Shown: piece by piece, positions 1 to 7,679 of the stretch | Layout of the letters: every line of letters starts with the position of its first letter | Numbering within the stretch: the stretch's first letter is position 1 | Assembly (NCBI GenBank): GCA_009886115.1 | Contig: VFJJ01000220.1 | Location: 1 to 34,999, forward strand | DNA length: 34,999 bases | Reading direction: 5' to 3' | Source: Actinomycetota bacterium | Lineage (GTDB): Bacteria > Actinomycetota > Acidimicrobiia > IMCC26256 > VFJJ01 | The notes under the pieces: model-generated | The model's input: only the letters and a program-made list of their open reading frames with translations | The model's database searches: none | What the model was told of the DNA's origin: nothing | Translations under genes and position numbers: made by a program

Positions 1-26
1 CGGGGTGCCGGTTGCCCGACACCCCG
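1..26 (-). terminator. GC-rich hairpin downstream of the att copy
   Basis: CGGGGTG-N12-CACCCCG inverted repeat; near-identical to 1682-1708; no U-tract. Confidence 0.5.
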
Positions 27-46
27 TGTGACCTGCGCTGCTACCT

Positions 47-89
47 GAGGCGGCGAGCGGAATTGAACCGCTGTAGAGGGTTTTGCAGA
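47..89 (-). repeat. att-site direct repeat (3' part of tRNA-Cys), distal end of integrated element
   Basis: GAGGCGGCGAGCGGAATTGAACCGCTGTAGAGGGTTTTGCAGA at 47-89 is identical to 1729-1771 (anticodon loop to 3' end of tRNA-Cys). Confidence 0.92.
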
Positions 90-206
90 TCTGGTTTCGC
101 CGTCCGGCCCGTGTTGTTCCGTGCCAGCTTGTACCTTCTGAGCTGCGGAAACATTCCGTCCGGTGTTGTCGCGTGGTGTCCGATGCCGGCGCGTGTGGAG
201 GAGTTT

Positions 207-225
207 CGTGACCAATCCGTGACCA
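207..225. promoter_or_regulatory. Putative integrase arm-type binding sites (tandem CGTGACCA)
   Basis: CGTGACCAATCCGTGACCA, identical to 1649-1667 at the other end of the element. Confidence 0.7.
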
Positions 226-267
226 CCAGCCGATCGTCCGGGCGAGCCGTGTGGAGCGGACGAGGTC

Positions 268-675
268 TCAGGGAACGAGGTCGAACGCGTCGACGTGAGA
301 GGGGCGTACGACGGCGAAGTCCCGTCGGTTGAGCGTGGCGATGGTCGTGAGACCGAGGCGTTCGGCGACGGCCACGACCGAGGCGTCAACCAGACCGAGC
401 CGCATGTCGTGATAGATCCTGAGCAGCTCCGCACAGCGGGCCCAATCCCCGCTGGTGAGGTCGACGACCACCAGCTCGCCGTCGGCGATCGAGGAGACGA
501 AGGCGGCTTCGGCGCGGGGTCCGAGGCGAGACTCGATCATCCAGGCGGTCTCGATCGCTACAGGTGCACTCAACGCGAGGTCGGTCCGTTCATCGAGCAA
601 CGCTGCGCATCGGTCATGCTCCGGCGTCGAGATGTCGGCCCCGGCGAGCAACACGTTCGTGTCGACCAGCAGCAC
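268..675 (-). CDS. vapC: PIN-domain ribonuclease toxin (VapC family)
   Basis: GTG start, LLVDTNVLLA N-terminal motif, E of AIETAW, LGLVDASVVAVAERL, TLNRRDF; 135 aa. Confidence 0.88.
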   Translation of the reverse strand: MLLVDTNVLLAGADISTPEHDRCAALLDERTDLALSAPVAIETAWMIESRLGPRAEAAFVSSIADGELVVVDLTSGDWARCAELLRIYHDMRLGLVDASVVAVAERLGLTTIATLNRRDFAVVRPSHVDAFDLVP

Positions 676-680
676 GCGGT

Positions 681-926
681 TCAGGCACCTTCGGCAAGCT
701 TCTTGGCGGCAAGCTCGGCTCGTTCGCGATCGATGTCCAACGGTTCGGTGCGTCCCGATGCGCCGATCCCGACGAAGCCCAATCGGTGTCGGCGTGCCTG
801 GCCTGCTGGCGCCGGGAGCGCGGCCGCGAGCTCGGCGATGAGCTCGTCCAGCGTGATCCCGCGCCGCCCAGCTTCGCTTTCGAGGCGGGCAAGAGCATCG
901 TCCGAGAGTTCGATCGTGACCGGCAT
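681..926 (-). CDS. Putative ribbon-helix-helix antitoxin (VapB-like)
   Basis: MPVTIELSDDALARLESEAGRRGITLDELIAE... LGFVGIGASG; 81 aa, directly upstream of the PIN gene. Confidence 0.8.
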   Translation of the reverse strand: MPVTIELSDDALARLESEAGRRGITLDELIAELAAALPAPAGQARRHRLGFVGIGASGRTEPLDIDRERAELAAKKLAEGA

Positions 927-1410
927 GCTCCAAGTGTAGGAATCTCCAGAGAACCCCGGCGTGGGTGCGCTGCAGTGAAGTGCTCGATCACCAAGTTCCC
1001 GCACTCTTCGGGGCCTCCACAGCCGACGGCGTCCTGATGGCCGTTCGAGCCGCGGGCGGCAACGTGAACCCGGCAACCATCGCCGCCTCGATGATCGCCC
1101 TCGCACAGGAACTCCTGACCACGCTCCAATGAGCGCAGTCGCGCCGTGACCACGAGGCGGGTCGACAAGCCGGGGTCGAGCGGACCCTTGTCCCCTGCCC
1201 GCTCGGCGTCGCGATGCTCGCTCCACACGGATCGGGCGTGCCCTCGCGTGTCGCCCAGTGCCCGTGCGTGTCTGCTCGACCCCTGCAACAGATTCTGCTC
1301 CTCAGAAGTGCTGAATGCGTTCCTTCGGCGGGGAATGGGCTCAGCGAAATCGTTTTTCTGGATCTGGTTCTGTCCGCCAGCGTTCAGCACAGTCCGTTGA
1401 GTACCGCCAC

Positions 1411-1605
1411 CTACAAATGTACGGACGGTTGCATCCAGTCGCCTCGCTGGGCGGCCTTGAGGAGCGACGCCAACGCCGCGTCGGCTTCCTTGCGCGTTCG
1501 GAAACCCCGCCGTCGCACTTGTCGCCGCTTGCCCGTCGCCGGGTCGATGCCGTTGTCAACGACGAACGACCACCCCGGGCCATCCCGCCGCACCGATCCC
1601 CGCAT
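1411..1605 (-). pseudogene. Tyrosine integrase remnant: N-terminal arm-DNA-binding domain only
   Basis: GGGAGG RBS, then MRGSVRRDGPGWSFVVDNGIDPATGKRRQVRRRGFRTRKEADAAL..., typical of ICE/prophage integrase N-termini; stops after 64 aa, no catalytic domain. Confidence 0.82.
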
Positions 1606-1648
1606 CGCAGCCCTCCCGATCGGTGGTACGTGACCGGCCACGGCCACC

Positions 1649-1667
1649 CGTGACCAATCCGTGACCA
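1649..1667. promoter_or_regulatory. Putative integrase arm-type binding sites
   Basis: CGTGACCAATCCGTGACCA plus a further CGTGACC at 1629-1635, between the tRNA and the integrase start. Confidence 0.7.
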
Positions 1668-1681
1668 GCGGGCTCGCGAGA

Positions 1682-1708
1682 CGGGGTGCCGGTTTGCCCG
1701 ACACCCCG
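1682..1708 (-). terminator. Hairpin downstream of tRNA-Cys
   Basis: CGGGGTG-N13-CACCCCG inverted repeat ~20 nt 3' of the tRNA. Confidence 0.5.
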
Positions 1709-1729
1709 TCTGAACTGCTGAAACACCAG

Positions 1730-1801
1730 AGGCGGCGAGCGGAATTGAACCGCTGTAGAGGGTTTTGCAGACCCTTGCCTGAACCACTCGGCCACGCCGC
1801 C
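1730..1801 (-). tRNA. tRNA-Cys(GCA)
   Basis: Reverse complement GGCGGCG-TGGCCGAGTGGTTCAGGC-AAGGGT-CTGCAAA-ACCCT-CTAC-AGCGGTTCAATTCCGCT-CGCCGCC-T; acceptor, D, anticodon (GCA) and T arms present; CCA not encoded. Confidence 0.96.
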
Positions 1802-1907
1802 GTGCTGTGACTGCGGGATCAGATTAGCCGGGTGGCTTCAGGAACTCCGCGGTCAAGCCGACAAGGTCTCGACCACGTTCCGTGACGAAGGATCGGCACC
1901 CTGCGTC

Positions 1908-2942
1908 GTGACCTCACTCGAGTCGATCCAACGAGACACCGCGGCCGCTGTCACCCTCGCCACGCCCCACGCCCCGGGGACGACCGCGGTGCGTCTCACC
2001 CAGGTGGGTCGCCGCTTCGGTGACGTCGTAGCCGTCCACGACATGACCATGGACGTTCCGGCGGGGACGGTCACGGTGTTGCTCGGGCCCAACGGCGCCG
2101 GGAAGTCGACGACGGTCCGCCTCATGACCGGCTCGATCGCCGCCGACACCGGTCGGGTCGAGGTCTTCGGGCTCGATCCGATCGCCGACGGGACGGCCGT
2201 CCGCCAGCGGTGCGGCGTGGTGCCCCCCAAGCCCAGCCTGTACCTGCGCATGTCGGGCCGCGACAACCTCCGCTACGCCGCCGAGATCTACGGCCTCGGA
2301 CGCAGGGCCGCGGCCGACTTCCTCATCGACGAGGCCGCCGACCGCTTCGGCATCGGCCACGCGCTCGCCCAGAAGGTCGACGGCTACTCGACGGGCATGC
2401 GCACGAGGCTGGCCCTGGCCCGCGCCGTACTCCACGATCCCGACCTGCTGCTGCTCGACGAGCCGACGGCGGGGCTCGACCCCGAGTCGGCCCGGGCCGT
2501 GCTCGGGCTCATTCGCGAGATGGCCGTCCGGGGCAAGACCGTCGTGGTGTGCACCCACCTGCTGCACGAGGCCGAGGGCCTCGCCGACCAGGTCGTGCTC
2601 GTGAGCCGGGGGACGGCCGTGGCCGCCGGGCCGCCCCACGAGCTGGCGCGCCGTCTCTGGCCCGACTGCCGGCTCGTGCTCGAGGCCGAGCAGCCGGCAC
2701 GTCTCGATGCCGTCGCCGCCATGGACGGGGTGCTCGCCTACCACCGCAACGGGGTCGCGACGGCCGATCTCGATGATCCGGCCCGCATCCCCGAGCTGGT
2801 TCGACGCCTCGTCGACGACGGGGTGCGCCTGACCCGGGTGCAGCCGCTGCAGCCGACGCTCGAGGAGCTGTACTTCGCGCTCCAACGCGACGGCAACGAC
2901 CAGCCACACCCGCACGACGGGCCCCTGGTGGCCGCGCCGTGA
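1908..2942 (+). CDS. ABC transporter ATP-binding protein (ABC-2/drug-export type)
   Basis: Walker A GPNGAGKST, signature YSTGM, Walker B LLLLDEP, H-loop CTH. Confidence 0.93.
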   Translation: MTSLESIQRDTAAAVTLATPHAPGTTAVRLTQVGRRFGDVVAVHDMTMDVPAGTVTVLLGPNGAGKSTTVRLMTGSIAADTGRVEVFGLDPIADGTAVRQRCGVVPPKPSLYLRMSGRDNLRYAAEIYGLGRRAAADFLIDEAADRFGIGHALAQKVDGYSTGMRTRLALARAVLHDPDLLLLDEPTAGLDPESARAVLGLIREMAVRGKTVVVCTHLLHEAEGLADQVVLVSRGTAVAAGPPHELARRLWPDCRLVLEAEQPARLDAVAAMDGVLAYHRNGVATADLDDPARIPELVRRLVDDGVRLTRVQPLQPTLEELYFALQRDGNDQPHPHDGPLVAAP

Positions 2943-3760
2943 TGACCAGGGCGATGGCCGTGGCCCGGGCCGACCTGCGCCAGGTGGTGCGCAGCCGCGA
3001 CTTCTGGATCCCCATCGGGATCATGGCCGCGATGTTCTTCGTCGTGATCCCGGGATTCCTGCTGTGGATCGTGACGAGCGCCGACGAGAGCGGCGCGATC
3101 GAGCAGGTCACCCGGGCGCTGGGAGCGCTCCCCAAGGACATCACCGACAGCCTCGAAGGCTCGTCGGCGTCGGCCCGGGCCGGATACGCGTTCGCCGTCT
3201 ACCTGTTCGGGCCGGTGGCGGTGATCGTCCCGCTCACGGTGGCCGCCGCGGTGGGCGCCAACACGATCGTGGGGGAACGCGAGCGGGGCACCGGCGAGTT
3301 CCTCGCCCACTCCCCCGCGACCGAGCGCGAGATCTACCTGGGCAAGCTCGTCGCCAGCCTCCTGCCCGGCTACATCGTGCTGCTGACGGGCTTCGCGGCC
3401 TACTCACTCGTCGTGAACCTCACCGTCGGCGGTGAGCTCGGGCGCTGGTTCTTCCCCACGGGGCGCTGGTGGCTGCTCATCTTCTGGGTCATGCCGCCCT
3501 GCATCGCCGTGGCGCTGTCGATGATCCTGCGGGTTTCGGGTGTCGTGAAGTCGGCCGCGGCGGCGCAGCAGGCGTCGTCGCTCGTGACCCTGCCCGTGAT
3601 CGTCGTCGCCTACGGGGCGGCCAGCGGTTCGATGTTCTCGTCGACGGCGTCGGTGTGGATGGTCGGCGCCGCAGCCTGGGCGGTGGCCGGCTTCGGCCTG
3701 GTCAGGGGCAGCCACGCCGTGCGCCGCGAGCGTCTGCTCGGCATCGACGCCCGCGGCTGA
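2939..3760 (+). CDS. ABC-2 type permease
   Basis: About six hydrophobic segments, GERERGTGEFLAHSP...IYLGK motif; overlaps the ATPase stop (GTGA). Confidence 0.9.
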   Translation: MMTRAMAVARADLRQVVRSRDFWIPIGIMAAMFFVVIPGFLLWIVTSADESGAIEQVTRALGALPKDITDSLEGSSASARAGYAFAVYLFGPVAVIVPLTVAAAVGANTIVGERERGTGEFLAHSPATEREIYLGKLVASLLPGYIVLLTGFAAYSLVVNLTVGGELGRWFFPTGRWWLLIFWVMPPCIAVALSMILRVSGVVKSAAAAQQASSLVTLPVIVVAYGAASGSMFSSTASVWMVGAAAWAVAGFGLVRGSHAVRRERLLGIDARG

Positions 3761-3817
3761 CGAGACACCCGCCGGCCCACTGCCGTCACCGACGGCACCA
3801 GGTGGCATGCTCGGCCG

Positions 3818-4591
3818 GTGCATCCTCTCGCCGCCGCCGTCGCTCAGAGCCCCGACACCGACGGAGTTGTGCTCCTGGCGCCGGCCGATGTGTTCGAGAC
3901 CCTGGCGGTGGTCGCCGAGTCGGGTCTCGACGTGCGCTGCGTGATGCTCGACCCTTGGTACAACAAGGGAGTCGGCGGTGTCACTGACGACGAGGAGTAC
4001 GACCGCTTCGTGCTCGACCTCCTCGCCGCGGCAGGCGCCATCGCCGATCACGTGTACCTGTGGGGCTTCCCCGAGATCATGGCCCGTTTCATGACCCGGT
4101 TCCCGGCTCCGCTGGAGCTCGTCGCCTGGCTCACCTGGTACTACAAGAACAACCCGTCGGTGATCAGGGGTTGGCGCTCGGCCCAGATGACCTGCCTGCA
4201 TCTGGGCCGCCCCGGGGCGCGCCTGTACCCCGAGCACTTCCTCAACGAGGCCCAACTGGCGCTCAAGGCCCAGGGCAAGCTCCGCTACATGCCCGGTCCG
4301 CCCAGCGTCATCGAGGCCGCCTTGCTCGTGGGCTTCATCGGCCGGGCCGAGCAGACGGGCCACCCGGCGCAAAAGCCCGTCAACGCGATCGAGCCGCTGC
4401 TGAAGATGGTGCTGGCGCCCGGCGAGCTCGTCGTCGACCCCATGTGCGGCTCGGGGACGACCGGCGCGGCGGCTCGGGCCCTGGGCGCCACGGCGATCCT
4501 GGCCGACGGCTCGGCCGAGTACACCGCGCTCGTCGAGAACCGTCTCGGCGTGCAGGCCATCACGCTCGACCCGCCGCGACTCCTGGGCTGA
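3818..4591 (+). CDS. Orphan N6A/N4C DNA methyltransferase, beta class
   Basis: Catalytic motif IV DPWY near the N-terminus, HPAQKP, SAM-binding VVDPMCGSGTT near the C-terminus. Confidence 0.85.
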   Translation: MHPLAAAVAQSPDTDGVVLLAPADVFETLAVVAESGLDVRCVMLDPWYNKGVGGVTDDEEYDRFVLDLLAAAGAIADHVYLWGFPEIMARFMTRFPAPLELVAWLTWYYKNNPSVIRGWRSAQMTCLHLGRPGARLYPEHFLNEAQLALKAQGKLRYMPGPPSVIEAALLVGFIGRAEQTGHPAQKPVNAIEPLLKMVLAPGELVVDPMCGSGTTGAAARALGATAILADGSAEYTALVENRLGVQAITLDPPRLLG

Positions 4592-4600
4592 GCGCCACGT

Positions 4601-5496
4601 TCATCTCGTCGGGCTCAACGCCGGAGCCGCAGCCGGAGCCCGAGCTCGGCCCACCCGGCCCCGCACCAGGCCTGTCGTCCGCAGACGGCTGGAAGCGATC
4701 GCGCCGCGAATCCCTTGGGTCGCGACGGCAGCGACGAGGCACAAGGTGCCAGCCAGGAGGAAGCTCAGCCGGTAGCTGCCGGTCCAGCCGTGGCTCACAC
4801 CGGCAAACCAGGCGATGGCGGCAGCCCCGATCTGATGGCTGGCGAAGACCCATCCGAACACCACAGAACCGCGATCGGGGCCGAAGCACTCGTTGCACAA
4901 CGCGACCGTGGGTGGGACCGACACCCACCGCCATCCCACCGTATCGGCGAGATGGCCGGCAGCGGGAGGAACACGATCTGCCCGGTGGCCGTCGCCGCCG
5001 TCAACACGCCGATGACGAGGCCCCGACGGGCCACGAACCAGCGGGTGGCGACCGTGGCCGCGAGCACCGTGGCCAGACAGCCCGAGCCCGTCCCCACGAC
5101 GACACCCCAGAGCACGATGAGCTGCCAGACCGAGGTCATGGTCGTCGTGAGCGCGGCACCGGCCGAGATGACGACCAGCGCGCTCAGCACGACCGGCCGC
5201 AGACCGAACCGGTTCATGAGGGCGGCTGCGAACGGCCCGACGAGGCCGAAGAGGACGAGGTTCACCGAGATGGCCGCCGAGATCCACCCGCGGCTCCAGC
5301 CGAAGTCGTCTTCGAGGGGCTCGATCAGGACGCCCGGCGTGGCTCGGAAGCCGGCCGCTCCCAGGAGCGTCACGAACGTGACGGCGGCGACGATCCAGGC
5401 GTCGTGGAGGCGGGGCCGAGACGCTGGGCTCGTCGAGGTGGAGCTGGCGGGGACCGGCCCCGTTTCGACACGTCGAGCGGCGGCATCACCGTCCAC
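4601..5496 (-). pseudogene. MFS transporter pseudogene (frameshift plus large internal deletion)
   Basis: N-half TM1-5 in ORF 4795-5496; frame change near 4960; GWRWVS is joined directly to VPPTVALC...GWVFASHQIGAA (last TMs), so the middle TMs are missing. Confidence 0.82.
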
Positions 5497-5591
5497 CGTA
5501 TTCGCACGACCACCGGTGACCCGGTCGGAAATCCGGTCGGGCGACGACCACGGATCGACTCCGACCGCGCCGATCGGCTAGCAACGGGCCC

Positions 5592-6560
5592 ATGACCTCC
5601 TCCCCCGACGGCACCGGTACGGCGCTCGACCCCTCCGGGGTGGCCGCCAACGGCGCCGGGTCGAACCGGTTCCGCCACGATCTGGCCGAGATCCGCCGGA
5701 GGGTCGCGGCCCGGGTCGTGGGGCGCGACCACGAGCTCAAGGTGCTGCTCGCAGCCATCGCCGCGGGACGTGACCTGCTGCTGGAAGGCCCGCCGGGGAC
5801 GAGCAAGAGCACGCTGCTCAGAGAGGTCACCCGCGAGTTCGGGGTCCCGCTGGTGTTCGTCGAGGGCAACGCCGAGCTCACCACGGCCAAGCTGGTGGGC
5901 CACCACAACCCGGCCCGGGTGCTGCGCGACGACTTCTCGGCCGACACGTTCGTCCCCGGTCCCCTCGTCGAGGCGATGCGCCGGGGCGGCTTCCTCTACG
6001 TGGAGGAGATCAACCGGGCCCCCGAGGACACGCTCAACGCCCTGCTCACTGCCATCGCCGAGCGCGAGATCACCGTCCCGCGCGTCGGTCACGTGAAGGC
6101 GGCCGACGGGTTCCGGGTCGTGGCCTCGATGAACCCGTTCGACAACGTGGGCACGTCGCGGATCTCCTCGTCGGTCCACGATCGGCTGTGCCGCATCCCG
6201 GTCGGCTACCAGAGCGCCGACGAGGAGATCGACATCGTTGCGCTCCGCACGGCCGTCGACCACGACCGCTTGGCCGCCGACGCCGTGGCCCTCACCCGGG
6301 CGACGAGGTTCCATCCCGAGATCCGCCAGGGCTCGTCGGTACGCGGCGCGATCGACCTGGTGCTCGTCGCCGAGCAGCTCCTGGCTCTTGAGGGCACCGA
6401 CGGCGCCCCGTACGAGGACGTGGTGCGCGACGCCGTGATGGTGTCGCTCTCGGGGCGCATCCACCTCGACGAGACCAGCGAATCATCGCCCGAACGGGTG
6501 CTCACGGAGATCTGGGAGAACCACTTCGTGCTCGGCCCCCGGCGAGCCAAGCCCGGCTGA
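5592..6560 (+). CDS. MoxR-family AAA+ ATPase
   Basis: VVGRDHELK, Walker A variant LEGPPGTSKST, Walker B variant LYVEEINRA, ASMNP, sensor-2 GSSVRGAIDL; ends ...RRAKPG-UGA. Confidence 0.92.
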   Translation: MTSSPDGTGTALDPSGVAANGAGSNRFRHDLAEIRRRVAARVVGRDHELKVLLAAIAAGRDLLLEGPPGTSKSTLLREVTREFGVPLVFVEGNAELTTAKLVGHHNPARVLRDDFSADTFVPGPLVEAMRRGGFLYVEEINRAPEDTLNALLTAIAEREITVPRVGHVKAADGFRVVASMNPFDNVGTSRISSSVHDRLCRIPVGYQSADEEIDIVALRTAVDHDRLAADAVALTRATRFHPEIRQGSSVRGAIDLVLVAEQLLALEGTDGAPYEDVVRDAVMVSLSGRIHLDETSESSPERVLTEIWENHFVLGPRRAKPG

Positions 6561-7559
6561 AGAGCTCTCGATCTCACGCCGGCGATCGAGCTCCCCAGCG
6601 AGGATGCCCGGATCGACGGCCGGGGCCCGCTCAAGCGCAAGCCCAAGCAGCTCGACACCGCTCCCGCCTTGTACGCCAAGGGCGGGAGCCTGGCCCAGGT
6701 CGTCGTGCCGCCCGAGGGCGAGGAGCCGGGTGGGCCCGCCGGTGGCGCACCGCCGCCCACCACGTCCAAGACCATGACGACCGCCGAGATCGGCGAGAGC
6801 CGCCGGCTGGACGAGGTGCTCGAGGACACCCCGCCCGACCCCGAGGTGCGCAAGGCCGTCCAGCAGATCGCGTCGCGGCTTGCGGTGCGTCGCTCGGCCG
6901 CGGCGCGCGACGCCGAGCGGGGCCCTGGGCGCCCCCGAAGCCTCCCGTACCAGGGCGATGCCGACGAGATCGACATCGACGCCACGCTGGAGGTTCTCAC
7001 CGAGCGCCCGGTGCCCGAGGACTCCGACATCATCGTGCGCACCCGGGTACGGCCCCGTCGGGCCGTGGCCTTGATCGTCGACGTGTCGGGCTCGATGAAG
7101 GGCGAGAAGGCCCGGGTGGCCGCGGCCACCGTGGGCGCCTTGGCGGGCGAGTTGGTCGACGAGGAGCTCACCGTGGTCGCCTTTTGGAAGGACTGCGCGA
7201 TGCTCACGGTTCCCGGGCTGCGGGTCCGGGCGTCGCAGGTGCTCGACGACCTGCTGCACCTGCCCACCAAGGGGCTCACGAACGTGAACGTGGGCCTGGC
7301 GGTGGCAGCCCGCGAGCTGGCCCGATCACGGTGTCGTGAACGGGTTGCCGTGCTCTTGTCGGACTGTGTGCACAACGCCGGCCCTGATCCCCGTGACGCT
7401 GCCGCTCGGCTGCCCCGCCTGCACGTGATGCTCCAGATCGACGGTGAGCACGACGCCTGGCTCGGCGCCGAGCTGGCCCGCATCGGCGGCGGTCGCCTGG
7501 CCCCCGTCCGCAGCGCCCGTCAGGTCGCCCCGGCACTCAACCGACTCCTGGCGCCCTAG
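6561..7559 (+). CDS. VWA (MIDAS) domain protein, CoxE/ChlD-like; open in frame from the MoxR UGA
   Basis: Pro/Glu-rich linker, DEIDIDATLE, MIDAS DVSGS, GLTN, LSDC; no stop from 6561 to 7557; first possible own start is TTG 6669 without a recognisable RBS. Confidence 0.85.
   Translation, partial: RALDLTPAIELPSEDARIDGRGPLKRKPKQLDTAPALYAKGGSLAQVVVPPEGEEPGGPAGGAPPPTTSKTMTTAEIGESRRLDEVLEDTPPDPEVRKAVQQIASRLAVRRSAAARDAERGPGRPRSLPYQGDADEIDIDATLEVLTERPVPEDSDIIVRTRVRPRRAVALIVDVSGSMKGEKARVAAATVGALAGELVDEELTVVAFWKDCAMLTVPGLRVRASQVLDDLLHLPTKGLTNVNVGLAVAARELARSRCRERVAVLLSDCVHNAGPDPRDAAARLPRLHVMLQIDGEHDAWLGAELARIGGGRLAPVRSARQVAPALNRLLAP
6562..6593 (+). promoter_or_regulatory. Stem-loop immediately 3' of the in-frame UGA (candidate readthrough or SECIS-like element)
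   Basis: GAGC(TC)TCGATC-TCACGCCGGC-GATCGAGCTC: 10 Watson-Crick pairs with a 2-nt bulge, starting at the second base after UGA. Confidence 0.55.
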
Positions 7560-7570
7560 CACCAAACGGC

Positions 7571-7620
7571 CCAACTGTCAGCGTGGCGGGCCGTATCCGG
7601 ACCCTCACGCTGACAGTTGG
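7571..7620. repeat. REP-like palindrome
   Basis: Perfect 15-bp inverted repeat CCAACTGTCAGCGTG / CACGCTGACAGTTGG with a 20-nt spacer. Confidence 0.7.
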
Positions 7621-7679
7621 AGGATGGGGAGGCCCGGGGTAGGGTGCGCCGCCGCTGCGTCTCCGCGAAAGGTCCCGCC

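Larger units (their letters stand above)
47..1771. mobile_element. Decayed tRNA-Cys-integrated mini-island (att repeats, arm sites, truncated integrase, TA pair)
   Basis: 43-bp direct repeats at both ends, integrase N-terminal remnant next to the tRNA, repeated CGTGACCA motifs near both ends. Confidence 0.85.

Noticed and set aside
47..89. Second tRNA-Cys gene
   Set aside because: Only the 3' half is present; it is an att duplication
1020..1131. Coding-like fragment ADGVLMAVRAAGGNVNPATIAASMIALAQELLTTLQ
   Set aside because: Looks like a gene 3' remnant but no family can be assigned by eye
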